Source: Bacteriovoracia bacterium (GTDB lineage: Bacteria; Bdellovibrionota; UBA1018; CAIPTA01). From it: 64,000 bases of DNA. The stretch's first letter is position 1, and every line of letters begins with the position of its first letter. The DNA lies in assembly GCA_050246755.1 (NCBI GenBank), contig JBFWVL010000005.1, forward strand, positions 160,001 through 224,000, given 5' to 3'. Positions 48,606 through 59,333 of the stretch are shown one piece after another. Under the pieces are notes generated by a model that worked only from the letters and a program-made list of their open reading frames with translations, searched no databases and was not told the origin of the DNA. The translations under genes were made by a program, and so were the position numbers.

Positions 48606-48639
48606 GCCGCCCCTAGATCATTAGGGGCGGCTTTTTTTT
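48606..48639 (+). terminator. Intrinsic terminator
   Basis: GCCGCCCCTAG-ATCA-TTAGGGGCGGC followed by T8. Confidence 0.85.
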
Positions 48640-48786
48640 CTGGAGACTGAAGTCGACGGCGCCGTCCTTCCTGCTTCGCTTCATCGAAGCTGCCTAAAAG
48701 GGTCTTTCGCAGAATTTTGCGTTATGCCGCCCCGCAAGGCACTTGCGCTTCTGATAATCTCTCTGCTCAGGAGGAGGGTGAGCTTG

Positions 48787-49506
48787 ATGGATACCCCCAT
48801 CGCAGAAGACCATGGGCTTGCGCTAAAAAAACTATCCGAAGCGGGCTTCGAGGGACAGTTTCGTTCGACCCAAGGAATGCTTCGAGGAGAGGCGCGCTCA
48901 GCGGAACTTGTGCTTCGGCTAACCTCGAATTTCCTAGAGTTTGGCTCCCGCACGATACATAAAATCATCGCGAAGACAAAGCCCGCCTGCAAAGCAGGGT
49001 GCTTCTTTTGTTGTCATGTCCCAGTATCCGCATCGGCGATAGAAGCTCTGGCGGTCGCCCGTTTTCTCAAGGCGGTCTGCACGCAGCACGAGCTTTTCGC
49101 TGTTCGCAGTCAGGTCGAGAGCTATGTCGCGCGGACCAGGCTACTTTCAGCGGACCAGCATATCGCTGCCAGGCTCAGGTGTCCGCTGCTGACCGCTGAC
49201 GGAACCTGCAGGGTTCATCCGGCCCGGCCGATGAGCTGTCGGTGGACATACGCATTCTCGGCAGCTCAATGCGAGGCCGCACTCGATGGCCAGGGTGAAG
49301 GGATCATCGACGCAGACATTCAGTCACTCCTTTGGGGGCGAGCTGTGGTTCAGGGGCTAACCTGTGCGTTGGATGAAGCAGGCCTCGATAGCAAGCGCTA
49401 CGAGCTATGTTCGGCCGTCATCCGCGCCCTAGACACCGATAAGGCAGAAGAGAGGTACATACAAGGGAAACCCCTATTCGAGGGATGTAAGACTCTTGAG
49501 AAGTGA
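48787..49506 (+). CDS. YkgJ/UPF0153 Cys-cluster (CxxGCxxCC) protein
   Basis: CKAGCFFCC, CPLL..DGTCRVHPARPMSCR. Confidence 0.85.
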   Translation: MDTPIAEDHGLALKKLSEAGFEGQFRSTQGMLRGEARSAELVLRLTSNFLEFGSRTIHKIIAKTKPACKAGCFFCCHVPVSASAIEALAVARFLKAVCTQHELFAVRSQVESYVARTRLLSADQHIAARLRCPLLTADGTCRVHPARPMSCRWTYAFSAAQCEAALDGQGEGIIDADIQSLLWGRAVVQGLTCALDEAGLDSKRYELCSAVIRALDTDKAEERYIQGKPLFEGCKTLEK

Positions 49507-49675
49507 TAGGCAGGCCGCAGCTGATTCCAATGGTGTTCTTCCTGGTAGCTTCTTAATGGCGAGCGATCGAGTGCTGCTCAAGAATTTTCGTGCCACCCTG
49601 CTCGCGCAAAAAAACGGCCAAGACATCCCAGTACAAAGCCGTGACCTCAACGCCGAATCATTAAGAATGGGAAAT

Positions 49676-50554
49676 CTATGCGCTTCCCACGCCCCCGAGA
49701 AAGGCAGAGGCTCGTTTTACAATCTCCGGAACTTTCTGTAGCTCCACCTCAAGATCACCCTCCGAAATTCCCAATACCTCCAGGGATGCTTGCGAATACT
49801 CGCTTAGCTCGGACGAGGGGCGTGTTCCGTCCGCCTGCTCAAGGCGCTCGGCCATTGCGGAAGCTAAGTTTAGCGCATGCGGCAACTTTTCCTGGGAGTC
49901 AGGCGCCGAGTAAGTGCGAACCGCGCGGACCATCTCTTCCGAAAACTTCCATCGATTCAAAAGATCGCCCCCCACGGAACAGTGATCCGTTCCAAAAAGA
50001 TTTTTCTCGTCTGCGCGAGAAAGATTCCAATCATGTGGATGAGTATCCTGAAATGCCTGAATGAGAACGATTCTTCCGACAAAATGAAGAAGCCCGGCAA
50101 TGAAAAATTCCTCCGCGATTTCAGGAGGGCATTTTGAGGCCTTTGCGAGACCACGGGCGCAGGCGGCGGTGGTCAAAGAGTGTGACCATGCAGGAAAAAT
50201 CAATTCCTTGAGTTTGTCTTTTCCGCCAATGGACCTCATTACGGCGACGCTCAGCGCGAGATTCTTGATCGTATTTAGCCCCAGGTAGACGACAGCTCGA
50301 TTGAGGCTCGTCACCCGTTCCGCGAGGCTAAAATAGGCAGAATTTACGAGTTCCAAAACACGTCCAGTGAGAACAGGGTCTAAGCGAATGGCGCCAACGA
50401 TTTCGCTAGGTGATGCATTCAACGATCCCGAGAGCTGGACAATTTTTGCGGTAGCAGGGGAAAAAGCCGGTAGAGACTCGAAGTACTCTTTCAGCCTTTC
50501 CGATTGGTCGGAAAACGCGGGTCGCAAAAGGGAATCAAGTGAGTAATCGTCCAT
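49676..50554 (-). CDS. HDOD domain protein
   Basis: LPAF, DPVLTGRVLELVNSAYF, AVVYLG, WSHS, GLLH.VG, GTDH. Confidence 0.9.
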   Translation of the reverse strand: MDDYSLDSLLRPAFSDQSERLKEYFESLPAFSPATAKIVQLSGSLNASPSEIVGAIRLDPVLTGRVLELVNSAYFSLAERVTSLNRAVVYLGLNTIKNLALSVAVMRSIGGKDKLKELIFPAWSHSLTTAACARGLAKASKCPPEIAEEFFIAGLLHFVGRIVLIQAFQDTHPHDWNLSRADEKNLFGTDHCSVGGDLLNRWKFSEEMVRAVRTYSAPDSQEKLPHALNLASAMAERLEQADGTRPSSELSEYSQASLEVLGISEGDLEVELQKVPEIVKRASAFLGGVGSA

Positions 50555-50586
50555 CGAAATTTTCCTCCTAAAAGCACGCCATCTCT

Positions 50587-50997
50587 TCAACCGTCTTTAG
50601 GTGCGAAGAACGGTTTCGTGGAAGACATTCTTGCGAGCGAACCAACCAGTCGCTTCAGCTCGAAGGGTTTTCGGAAAACCAGGTACCGGGATAGATCGCT
50701 TACATCCGCTTCCCCCGTAAAAATCATGACGGGAATAGTTCTATATTCTGGATCAGCCTCTTTCCGCCTAAGAAACTCCCTTCCATTCACGGGGGCCATA
50801 GAAAGGTCGGTGATTACCACATCAGGGCGAGGCATTCTTTGCAAAAGTTCCCAGCCGCTCTGGCCGTCGGTGGCCTCAAGTACAAGGTAGCCTTCGGGCT
50901 CTAGGGCTAAAGAGATCGCTTTGCGAAGGTCGTTATCGTCTTCAACTAGCAACACCACGGCCTGCACTTTTCGCCTCCATTGTCCATTCTCTCCCAT
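50587..50997 (-). CDS. Single-domain response regulator
   Basis: VEDD, TDLSM, TG, KPF. Confidence 0.9.
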   Translation of the reverse strand: MGENGQWRRKVQAVVLLVEDDNDLRKAISLALEPEGYLVLEATDGQSGWELLQRMPRPDVVITDLSMAPVNGREFLRRKEADPEYRTIPVMIFTGEADVSDLSRYLVFRKPFELKRLVGSLARMSSTKPFFAPKDG

Positions 50998-51295
50998 TTC
51001 GCCACGGATCGGACAACCCGATTTGTCGAACTCAGGAATAGCGGCGCGTCGAGCGCCGCCATCAAATTCTATTATTTGCGGCTCAGTCCCACAAAGATCT
51101 AAGCTGAAGCGCGCCTAAAAGTTGCCCGGATTTCTCCAGGCGGCGTCTCGTCTTTCCGTTTCCGGTATTCGGATGGACACGTTTTCGCGAATTTCAACAC
51201 GCTAGCGAGTGGCGGGGCCGTGCATTTTCCGTGTAAAGGAAAATTTCCTGTGTGTTCCCGGGACAATAGCGTAGCCCTGTGATTAAAATAAACCA

Positions 51296-53992
51296 ATGGG
51301 AGGAAGGATTCTTCCCAAGAGGAGGCGCCGCGCAATGCGGGAAAAGTCAGGAAGACGCAAGCTCATCTACTTACAAATCATCAAAAATTCACTTGCATCT
51401 TCTATAAATATTTTTTCATATACTTTTTTAAAAAGATACCCCGCTCTTCGGATTGAGAGAAAAGCTAAAATTGGATTTGGAATCTACCGGTCGGGTTCGT
51501 GCCACCTTCGTTCGATAGTTACACATCGAGGACCATTTCTCGGCCGCCTACTGGGTGGTTTGAGCCTAGCTTTAGTCGCAGTATTTTTGCCGACAGGTAC
51601 AGCAATGGCTGTGACCGAAAGCGTCCGGAGTTCAGCCATCATCGTTAAAGCCGAAGCATGTCTAAATCGCGGCGACTTTGTGAGCGCAGAGGGCCTGTTC
51701 CGCTCCGCACGCGAGCGGAAAGAGCTTCTTCGGGAGGCCACGATTGGCCTTGCTGCCGCCTTGGCCGGTCAGGGAAAGGTGAATCAAGGGATTGAGATAC
51801 TGCGCGAAAATATTGCGAACTTTCCATCCGATGTACAGTCACACCTGAAGTTATCAGATCTATTTTTAGATTCTGGGCAGGCAGAGGCAGCTAAGAATGA
51901 GCTAGAAAAGGTGAAGTTTCTCCGGCCTGGCCATCCAGAATTGAGGGAGCGCGAAGGGCTCATAAGAGCGGCAATGGGGAAAAAATCTGAGGCCATTTCA
52001 ATATTGGAAAGCTTGCGCGAAAAGGAGTCTCTTTCGGAGACCTCGTTCACAAAGCTTGCAAAGCTGCAGCTAGATCAAGGTAATAAGGCTGATGCATTGA
52101 GGGTGCTAGAAGATCGCGAGAGCCGATATGCGCCGTCGAAAGAGGCCTATCTACTTACGGCCGCTACTCTGAAAGCGCAGAAAAAATTTCCAAAAGCAGA
52201 AATCTATTACCGGCGTGCCGTTCAGCTCGAAAGTGATGATCCTGCGCTGTGGTTCTCCTATGGGGAGTTTTTGCTAGAGGCAGGGAGAGTGGAAGAGGGA
52301 AGGGAAACTCTGGAAAAAGGTTTGCGGCTAGATCCGAGCCCAGCCCATTTAACGAATGTTGCAAGCATTTTCGAAAGAACGGGGCTTCAGCAAGCGGCCG
52401 TGGATACTTACGCGCGTGTGTTGCAGCTTTCTCCAGGAAACGACAAGGCCATGTTCGGTATCGTGCGGATTGAGGAGAAGCGCGGGTATATTGATAGAGT
52501 CGGGAGCCACCTTCAGAACTGGAATGAAGAGTTTCCGAAAAAAGTTTGGGTAGCGCTTAGCTACAGTCGCCTCCTTTTGGCGGTTGGCCAGAAGACGAAG
52601 GCCCAGGAGATCGCGAAGAATGCCCTCGCGGTTTCACCGGACAACAGTGAGTTAGGTGAGTTCCTCGCTAGATTAAAGGGAGAACAGCCTATGAACTTAC
52701 CGAGGGTCGAAATTGACTCTCCGAAGCCTGAAAGTATACGGAGGGAACCTGCAAAAGAAACTCGCAATACTTACATCGTAGGCCCGGGCGAGGTACTGGG
52801 CGTGATTTCTTCCAAGGTATATGGAACCTCAAAACTTTGGAGGAAAATCTTTGATGCGAATCGGCGCCTGCTGAGTTCTCCAGACTCTGTAGAGCCGGGC
52901 ATGAAGCTTAAGATTCCCGAAGTTCGAGGGAGAAACATCCTACTTCCTGATGAGTCGTCTATCCCCCGTGCTCGGAAGCATTTTGTAAAAAAAGGCGAAA
53001 GCCTGCGCTCAATAGCCAAGAAGGTTTACGGTTCTTCGGGGCACTGGAGGGTGATTTATAAAGCAAATCGACAAAGGCTCAAGAAGGCGAATAATCTCCA
53101 TGCTGGCATTAAGCTACTGATTCCTCAGTTATCAAAGGAGAGCGAAGGCAAAGAGGCGGCTGGCCCCCAAGTTTCCGCCTTCACAGATCATGTCCGCATT
53201 TTTCAAGCTGCGCCAGAACGCGGTAAGCGCCAAGAGAGTATTCTGGTGAGTCCTGATTCGGTGAAGTTGCCGGAGGTCCCTACCTACCCAGAGCAGCAGC
53301 CCGTCTCGAACCAGGAACGGGAGGCTCGCGATGAAGTGTTTGAGACCAGCGCATACGGCGGAGCCCAGCTCTCCTCCTACTCGCTTTCTGGCGAAAACGG
53401 ATACTTCGCAAAGCTTCCATTAACCGTTGGTTCGTTACTTGGTGCCAGGGTCGCGGTTAGGCCACGGAACTGGCCAAGAATAGGATTATCTGCAGAAAGA
53501 GTCGCGACCGATTTCCCGATCGTGCCAGGAGTGACCACGGCAGCCATATCACTTTCCGAGCTGAATATCTCCCTGGATGGAGAGTTCACCTCGGGTCAGT
53601 TTAGCTTTCGGCCGGGGTACCGTATCCACAAGAGAAAGCTTGGTGCGCCCTATAGACTAGTTCCCGGCTCCGAGCAGCACGGGCCATTTGTGCGAGTAAT
53701 TTATATCCCACTGCAATCGGCCGAGTGGAATGCGTCGGTGTTTGCGGACTTGTTCTTTCCTATTTCTTACTCTGAAAATGACGTTAGCTCGGGAAGTTCA
53801 AAGCTCCGGTACGCCGTCGTTGTGGGAGGCTCGCTCTTTTGCCGCTTGAGCAAGAGCTTCGAACTTGGAACGTCGCCCAAATTTTCTTACTTTTATACCT
53901 CCTTTTCTGGCACGGGCTCGCGATCGGTTTCCAACGTTAAGGAGAGTTGGATATCCGTCTCGGTTCCATTGGAGGTTCGATATGCGTTCTAA
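51296..53992 (+). CDS. TPR-repeat + two LysM + C-terminal outer-membrane beta-barrel protein (true start probably later)
   Basis: Signal-like segment ending TAMA, many TPRs, two LysM (YIVGPGEVL..ISSKVYG; VKKGESLRSIAKKVYG), amphipathic strands ending RYAF. Confidence 0.8.
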   Translation: MGGRILPKRRRRAMREKSGRRKLIYLQIIKNSLASSINIFSYTFLKRYPALRIERKAKIGFGIYRSGSCHLRSIVTHRGPFLGRLLGGLSLALVAVFLPTGTAMAVTESVRSSAIIVKAEACLNRGDFVSAEGLFRSARERKELLREATIGLAAALAGQGKVNQGIEILRENIANFPSDVQSHLKLSDLFLDSGQAEAAKNELEKVKFLRPGHPELREREGLIRAAMGKKSEAISILESLREKESLSETSFTKLAKLQLDQGNKADALRVLEDRESRYAPSKEAYLLTAATLKAQKKFPKAEIYYRRAVQLESDDPALWFSYGEFLLEAGRVEEGRETLEKGLRLDPSPAHLTNVASIFERTGLQQAAVDTYARVLQLSPGNDKAMFGIVRIEEKRGYIDRVGSHLQNWNEEFPKKVWVALSYSRLLLAVGQKTKAQEIAKNALAVSPDNSELGEFLARLKGEQPMNLPRVEIDSPKPESIRREPAKETRNTYIVGPGEVLGVISSKVYGTSKLWRKIFDANRRLLSSPDSVEPGMKLKIPEVRGRNILLPDESSIPRARKHFVKKGESLRSIAKKVYGSSGHWRVIYKANRQRLKKANNLHAGIKLLIPQLSKESEGKEAAGPQVSAFTDHVRIFQAAPERGKRQESILVSPDSVKLPEVPTYPEQQPVSNQEREARDEVFETSAYGGAQLSSYSLSGENGYFAKLPLTVGSLLGARVAVRPRNWPRIGLSAERVATDFPIVPGVTTAAISLSELNISLDGEFTSGQFSFRPGYRIHKRKLGAPYRLVPGSEQHGPFVRVIYIPLQSAEWNASVFADLFFPISYSENDVSSGSSKLRYAVVVGGSLFCRLSKSFELGTSPKFSYFYTSFSGTGSRSVSNVKESWISVSVPLEVRYAF

Positions 53993-56483
53993 GGGCTTCA
54001 AGACCGTACTTCGAATATTCTGGCGAACTGCACTCGTCTTGGCTCTGGTTTCTTGTGGTGGGTCTTCAGCGAATCTGCCGAATTCTACGAGCACGACCCC
54101 AGGATCGTCTTCCTCATGTGGGGAGACAGTAGTGGACTATGGTCAGAAGGGGGTGGCTGCCGCAACCGTTAGAGGTATCTATACCGATATCGCCATGGTT
54201 CCGGGAACTACCAAGACGGCCATGGCCTACTTCGATACGGCCGCTCTCGGAGTGAAGTTCACGTATTGGAATGGATCGAGTTTTTCCACGGAGATGGTTT
54301 CCGCTGGGACAGCCACCTGGGTGCGCTTGGCATTTTTGTCGAATGGCAAGCCAGTGGTGTTTTGGTCTACTGGAAGCACTACAGTATTGGCTTCTTTTCG
54401 GTCGGCCGCTCCTGGGACAAGCGGAACTTGGAATACAGGTATCATTGATACTTTCACTGGAGGCCAAACGAGGGCGGTTTCCGTATCGGTGAGTCCGCTT
54501 GACGCGATCGCATTGATCTATATCAGCACTGCTGCCGCGACGGGGCGTCCACGCTTTCTCTATTGCGATGCGAACTGCTCTTCCCCCAGTACTTTTCAGG
54601 CAATGTCGTCTACCGAAACCATTGAAGCGGCAAACGTTACTGCAAACGAAATGGCGACGGGTATTGGCTGGTGCAAGGCAAGTTCCTCTCTTTATTATCC
54701 TGCCGTGACGTATGGTCTTTCCACTGCCAGTGGAACTCGTTATGCAATTTGCCAGCAGGCTAGCCTCTCAAGTTGCCTCGCAGCAGCGAATTGGACCAAA
54801 CAGACAATCCAGGCCACGGCGAGTCTTGTCGGATCTCGGCTTTACTTAGATCCCACTGTAACTGGAGACGTTCCAAAGGCCATGGTCAAGACCGCAGCCG
54901 GGCTGGTGCTTTACCAAATGGGTGCTTCGACCGCCTGCACGGCCGCGCCCGTGGCCTTCGGCGCAGGCTCCACGTTGGGGGATGCCAATACTGGAACCGC
55001 CTGGGCAAGTCTTCTCGCTGATTCTTCCGGAAAGTGGCATGTTGTCGCGAATCAAAGCACTACGAATGTTCGCTACTACAATAGCCAAACCACTTCGATC
55101 ACGGGTGCTTGGAATGCCGTAGGAACCGTTGTTACTAACACGCTCAACAGCGTGACTGCTTCGTCAGCCGGAGCCGCGATCTCTAATTCGGATGGTCGCC
55201 TTCACGCCGCATACGGAATTAACGCGGCTCCTTTCAATGTTCAGCTCAGTACCCTGGCGGATTATACTACTGCTTCGAGTAGTGCGACCTTTAGCACGCA
55301 AGCCCCGGATTCAACGGGAAACGTACTAATGACGGCGGCCCCGGTGCGAAACGTGGCAACGGCTATAACCTCAACGGGCCGGGCGGCGGCAGCGTATGTT
55401 GATTTCTCTGCCGGCACAGTTACGGCAGGAAAACTCAAATATGCTATTCGCTCCGGAACTGATGCCACTTCTACCTGGACCAGCTTGACCGTACCAGGCC
55501 CAACAAATCCGCAGTTCCCATCAATTGCTTTCGACGGCGATAATCATCCTTGGATCGGCTTCTTTGATCAAACGATAAATCGCTTTTATCTGGCCACGAA
55601 CTCTAGCGTCGAGGGAACAGGGTCTTGGTCGATTTATACTTTTCCTGTAACGCCTAGTGGAACATATGCGTTGCCCGCCGCAAACGAAACCGCTGTCGCG
55701 ATGTATAAGAGCGGCACCACCTATTATCCGGTGATGCTTGCCTTGGATGCGACCAATACGAATACAACTCCGGGGCTTAAATCAGCGATGTTTAATCCCT
55801 CTTCGTCTACTTGGTCAAATGTCAATGATGGTACGCCGGTGTATGCCTTTGGTGCCTCCGACGGGAATTCGCTCTCCGCAGATTTCGACTCTTCAGGCAA
55901 TGTAGTGGCAGCGTACTGGGATATTACGACGACAAAGGTTCTCTACTTTCATTCCTCTAACGGCGGCCAAACCTGGACCTCCGGCTATGCTGTTACCTCC
56001 GCAGGCGACGGAGAGGGCGCCTCGGTTAGCCTTAGCGCTGCGACGGGCTATTCCGGCCTTTCTTATTTCGATAGAGCCAACAATCGAGTTTACTATGCCT
56101 ATTGCAACAACTCACCGAGCACTTGCGCCTCCGGGGGGTGGGCTTCCACGAGGCTCGAATCTACAGCGGGTGTTAGTGGGCTTACCACTTCGACCGGCCA
56201 GGTGTTGGGAACTGGCGTAGGATTCGACTCAAGCGGCAATGCTTCGATTGCCTACGTTACTGGGCAGGCCGGACTTGGCAGCCTGAAGCTTTGCACGCAA
56301 AGTGGATCAAATTTCAGCTGCTCTACGGTTTCCGAGGGGGCCGGGGGAAATACAGTTGGCGCGGCAGCCGTAAACTACGGAATCAGTGGTTGGAACGTCA
56401 GGATGACGAGAAATTCTTCTGGCGGGCTGGCAGCAAACTATATTGGGCCGGCAGGCTGGCTATACAACTATTCTTGCCAGTAA
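53982..56483 (+). CDS. Large Ser/Thr-rich lipoprotein with repeated beta-propeller-like blades
   Basis: GGAGG RBS, lipobox LVSC, repeated IAYxD...LKY...W units. Confidence 0.8.
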   Translation: MRSKGFKTVLRIFWRTALVLALVSCGGSSANLPNSTSTTPGSSSSCGETVVDYGQKGVAAATVRGIYTDIAMVPGTTKTAMAYFDTAALGVKFTYWNGSSFSTEMVSAGTATWVRLAFLSNGKPVVFWSTGSTTVLASFRSAAPGTSGTWNTGIIDTFTGGQTRAVSVSVSPLDAIALIYISTAAATGRPRFLYCDANCSSPSTFQAMSSTETIEAANVTANEMATGIGWCKASSSLYYPAVTYGLSTASGTRYAICQQASLSSCLAAANWTKQTIQATASLVGSRLYLDPTVTGDVPKAMVKTAAGLVLYQMGASTACTAAPVAFGAGSTLGDANTGTAWASLLADSSGKWHVVANQSTTNVRYYNSQTTSITGAWNAVGTVVTNTLNSVTASSAGAAISNSDGRLHAAYGINAAPFNVQLSTLADYTTASSSATFSTQAPDSTGNVLMTAAPVRNVATAITSTGRAAAAYVDFSAGTVTAGKLKYAIRSGTDATSTWTSLTVPGPTNPQFPSIAFDGDNHPWIGFFDQTINRFYLATNSSVEGTGSWSIYTFPVTPSGTYALPAANETAVAMYKSGTTYYPVMLALDATNTNTTPGLKSAMFNPSSSTWSNVNDGTPVYAFGASDGNSLSADFDSSGNVVAAYWDITTTKVLYFHSSNGGQTWTSGYAVTSAGDGEGASVSLSAATGYSGLSYFDRANNRVYYAYCNNSPSTCASGGWASTRLESTAGVSGLTTSTGQVLGTGVGFDSSGNASIAYVTGQAGLGSLKLCTQSGSNFSCSTVSEGAGGNTVGAAAVNYGISGWNVRMTRNSSGGLAANYIGPAGWLYNYSCQ

Positions 56484-56564
56484 AGCGAGTTAGTCGGTTG
56501 CCTGTGAAGAAATCAGCTAAAGCTGAGTGCTTTCGCTGCCGAAGCGTTTTCAGTGGAGCTTTGT

Positions 56565-57512
56565 ATGACGGATCATACAACGAAAAATCGCCAGGGATGG
56601 GCACGAAGTGCCTTGATGGTGTTTTTCTGCGCTTTGATCGCCAGTGCGTGCGGCAAAGTTCTCCCTAAGAATGGCTTGCTCACCCCCCCAACGAGTACGT
56701 CTAACCCCACCTACTCCAATTACATTGTAGTCGGAAGCAGCACCAATCAATCTGTGGTGCTCCTCGATCCTGATGGAAGATTTGTTCGTGAGCTACTCGT
56801 CCTGGACGGAACTACAACGGACGCGCCCACTGGCATTGGGATCTTCGATGCTGACTACATTCTCGTGGCAGTAGACGGGGTAGACCGTGTGGTTAAGGTT
56901 AATCTCAATTCTGGAAATGATAGCGCCCAGAATCTAATCCTCAACGCGAACTTGACGGGGACACTAGGCAACGTGACCCGCTTAGTAAGCGGCGATATCT
57001 TGGTGGTAGAAACCAGCAACGTAGAGCGATTCACCGCCGCTGGCACTCGCGTGACGAGCGGAAGCTGGCCGAAGGCGCTTCAAACCACGATGAGCGGAAT
57101 GGAAAAGCTGCCTGGGGGCGGGTTCGTGGCCTGCTCTACTGGTACGGACGTGATTCGGACCTATTCTGATGATGGCACCCAGACGGCCACGGCCTCCTCG
57201 GGCATTGGTGGAACTACCGACGTTCGGGATTGTGCCGCCGCCGCAGATGGGCGCGTTGCTGCCGCGTTCAATGGGACGACCGACACAATTCGAATTTACA
57301 CAAGTTCCACATTGGGCGCCGTATCCTGCAACTTTTCAGATACATCTTTGCTCGGCGATCCGCGTGCGATCGCTTTTAGGCCAAATGGAAACCTATTGGC
57401 TACCGACGGAACCGCCAATACGATCATTGAAATCGACTCGTCCTGTAATTTCGTGAGAGCCATGTCGTCTTCCGCCTTGGCTACCCCAGTGGCGATGCGG
57501 GTGGTTCAATGA
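56565..57512 (+). CDS. Lipoprotein with NHL/SMP-30-like beta-propeller
   Basis: Lipobox ASAC, PTGI and PRAIAFRPNGNLL repeats. Confidence 0.75.
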   Translation: MTDHTTKNRQGWARSALMVFFCALIASACGKVLPKNGLLTPPTSTSNPTYSNYIVVGSSTNQSVVLLDPDGRFVRELLVLDGTTTDAPTGIGIFDADYILVAVDGVDRVVKVNLNSGNDSAQNLILNANLTGTLGNVTRLVSGDILVVETSNVERFTAAGTRVTSGSWPKALQTTMSGMEKLPGGGFVACSTGTDVIRTYSDDGTQTATASSGIGGTTDVRDCAAAADGRVAAAFNGTTDTIRIYTSSTLGAVSCNFSDTSLLGDPRAIAFRPNGNLLATDGTANTIIEIDSSCNFVRAMSSSALATPVAMRVVQ

Positions 57513-58108
57513 CGGGCATGCGATTTGTCATCACACTGCTTCTGTTACTCCCATTGATGGCGAACCATGCAGCCGCGAGAGAGCGCAGCCAATCTGGAAA
57601 CATGGCAGTCCGAATTGGTGTGGGCGGAGGATACGAAGCGACAAATTTTACCAGGCCTGCAGGCGGAGATGCCGTGTTTTCCGGTTCAGGTTTATCTACC
57701 TGGTCTGAGATGAAAGCAAACACAAATGGGTACGGGTTAGGGCTAAAGTTCTCGGTTGACTCGATGAAGCTAGGAAACACTTCGAACTCGGATCTCGCGG
57801 CAGAAAACTTAAAAGGAATGTACTTTTCCTTGGTACCAAGGCTCTATGCCCTTGACTTATATTTTGGTCTAGGACTGACCTATTCCTCCGTGGCATACAT
57901 TCGAAACGTATCGTCAGTGGTCACGGAAGACTCCTATTCGGGCATCGGCGTTAGATTGGAACTAGGCTATGATTGGTATTTCGCGAGTCGAGCCTACCTG
58001 ACCCCACTCTTGACCTACTCAGTTTCTAAAGTTCGCGCGGCATCAGCGACTGGATCATACTCATATATCCCGTTCAGTGCGGGATTGGGGCTGGCGATTG
58101 AGTTTTGA
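57509..58108 (+). CDS. Outer-membrane beta-barrel protein (OmpA-like small barrel)
   Basis: Signal peptide, alternating strands and terminal Phe. Confidence 0.8.
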   Translation: MTGMRFVITLLLLLPLMANHAAARERSQSGNMAVRIGVGGGYEATNFTRPAGGDAVFSGSGLSTWSEMKANTNGYGLGLKFSVDSMKLGNTSNSDLAAENLKGMYFSLVPRLYALDLYFGLGLTYSSVAYIRNVSSVVTEDSYSGIGVRLELGYDWYFASRAYLTPLLTYSVSKVRAASATGSYSYIPFSAGLGLAIEF

Positions 58109-58133
58109 AAGCGATTAATGCCGAAAGGATACA

Positions 58134-58466
58134 ATGAAACGGATTACCCTTAAGTTTAATGATCGGCAAGGAAACGAGAGCTTTGCTCAGATACAAAAAA
58201 TTGCGAGTGCTTGTTTCCTAGCGATTCTGCAACGAACGGACTCGATTGAACATAGCGAGAAGTTCGTTACCATCGAATTAGAGGGTACAGGAGAAGCGAT
58301 AGAAGCAGCCAAACAGCGCTTGGTTCGCTTTCCTGCAATTTCAGTTAAGCGAGAAGGAGCATCTGCGATAGGAAGCGATTTGATACTGAAGCAGATTGAA
58401 CATAGTCGCCCTTCCATGCACTTCGACGTTTTCGCTCGCTCGCGGCGATATCGGAAAATTCAGTAA
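58134..58466 (+). CDS. Hypothetical protein (ACT-like fold possible)
   Basis: AAGGA RBS. Co-oriented with the upstream operon. Confidence 0.5.
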   Translation: MKRITLKFNDRQGNESFAQIQKIASACFLAILQRTDSIEHSEKFVTIELEGTGEAIEAAKQRLVRFPAISVKREGASAIGSDLILKQIEHSRPSMHFDVFARSRRYRKIQ

Positions 58467-58628
58467 GCCGGCGGGTAGCGAAAGCACCAATGTCATCGTC
58501 GAAATGGGCGACATTTTCAAGCTGGTCAGGGGCGCTACCTGCGTTGAAGAAATTGCCCGAGTTTATCCGCTTCAGGGGCCGCAGCAGAATCTGTTTGCCT
58601 CGGGCTTTGCTTGTTGAAATAGCCACAA

Positions 58629-59006
58629 CTAGTGGCTATCGGTAGGTTTGAGGTACTCTGCTGTCTCGGTTGAGCGGGGTGAGGGCGTCACCCTCGGTCT
58701 CTGTGCTTTCGTCCGCATGGGCTTTGACTTTGGCATTAGCGCATCGGCGATGAGAAGCCTTTTTCCCTCGATTACGAGAGCAATCAAGCGCCGTGTGCTC
58801 GCTCCATAAATGGCTTTCAGCTCCCAAAGTTTTTTGGTCGGCGGCGCGGCGATGCCGCGTTCGAAATTCGAGATGAACTGTGCGGAGGAATATCCTAGCC
58901 GTAGGCTGACCTCCCGTTGCGTAAGGTTCTTTTTTATCCGAAGTTCTTGTAGATAGGCTCCGAGCGCCGTGAATCTGCGAGCAATTAGGTACTCTCGTCC
59001 ATGCAT
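58629..59006 (-). CDS. XRE-family regulator
   Basis: LTQREVSLRLGYSSAQFISNFERG. Confidence 0.85.
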   Translation of the reverse strand: MHGREYLIARRFTALGAYLQELRIKKNLTQREVSLRLGYSSAQFISNFERGIAAPPTKKLWELKAIYGASTRRLIALVIEGKRLLIADALMPKSKPMRTKAQRPRVTPSPRSTETAEYLKPTDSH

Positions 59007-59255
59007 GTAGAGTCTTCCTTTCTTTCGGATGTTTCCACGATCGATGTAGCGCTAGTTTCGAATGGATGCCAACTTGAAGCCGCTTTTACCATGGCGGTGC
59101 CAAATTTCTTTGTAGATCTTTACAACCTGAACTTCCATTCCTCCCCGAATCCCTCCGGGATTTCGCGCCACGCGCACGGCTCTCCCCGCGCCCTCGGGTA
59201 ACTTCGCCCTTGTCAATTTTCACTGATTGACGCCGTTTTCTCAAGAAATGTGGCC

Positions 59256-59287
59256 ACGGCTACGTCTACCGCAGTAGACGCAGCCGT
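59256..59287. promoter_or_regulatory. Long inverted repeat between divergent XRE genes (operator or hairpin)
   Basis: ACGGCTACGTCTAC-CGCA-GTAGACGCAGCCGT; the core GTCT-N8-AGAC is at 59264-59279. Confidence 0.55.
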
Positions 59288-59333
59288 TTTTTATCATTCG
59301 TAAACTGGAGTAGACGATCCAGAGGCCGCCGAT

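Noticed and set aside
59088-59103. Sigma54 promoter TTGGCACCGCCATGGT on the minus strand before the XRE gene
   Set aside because: The -12 element is GG rather than GC, so support is insufficient.
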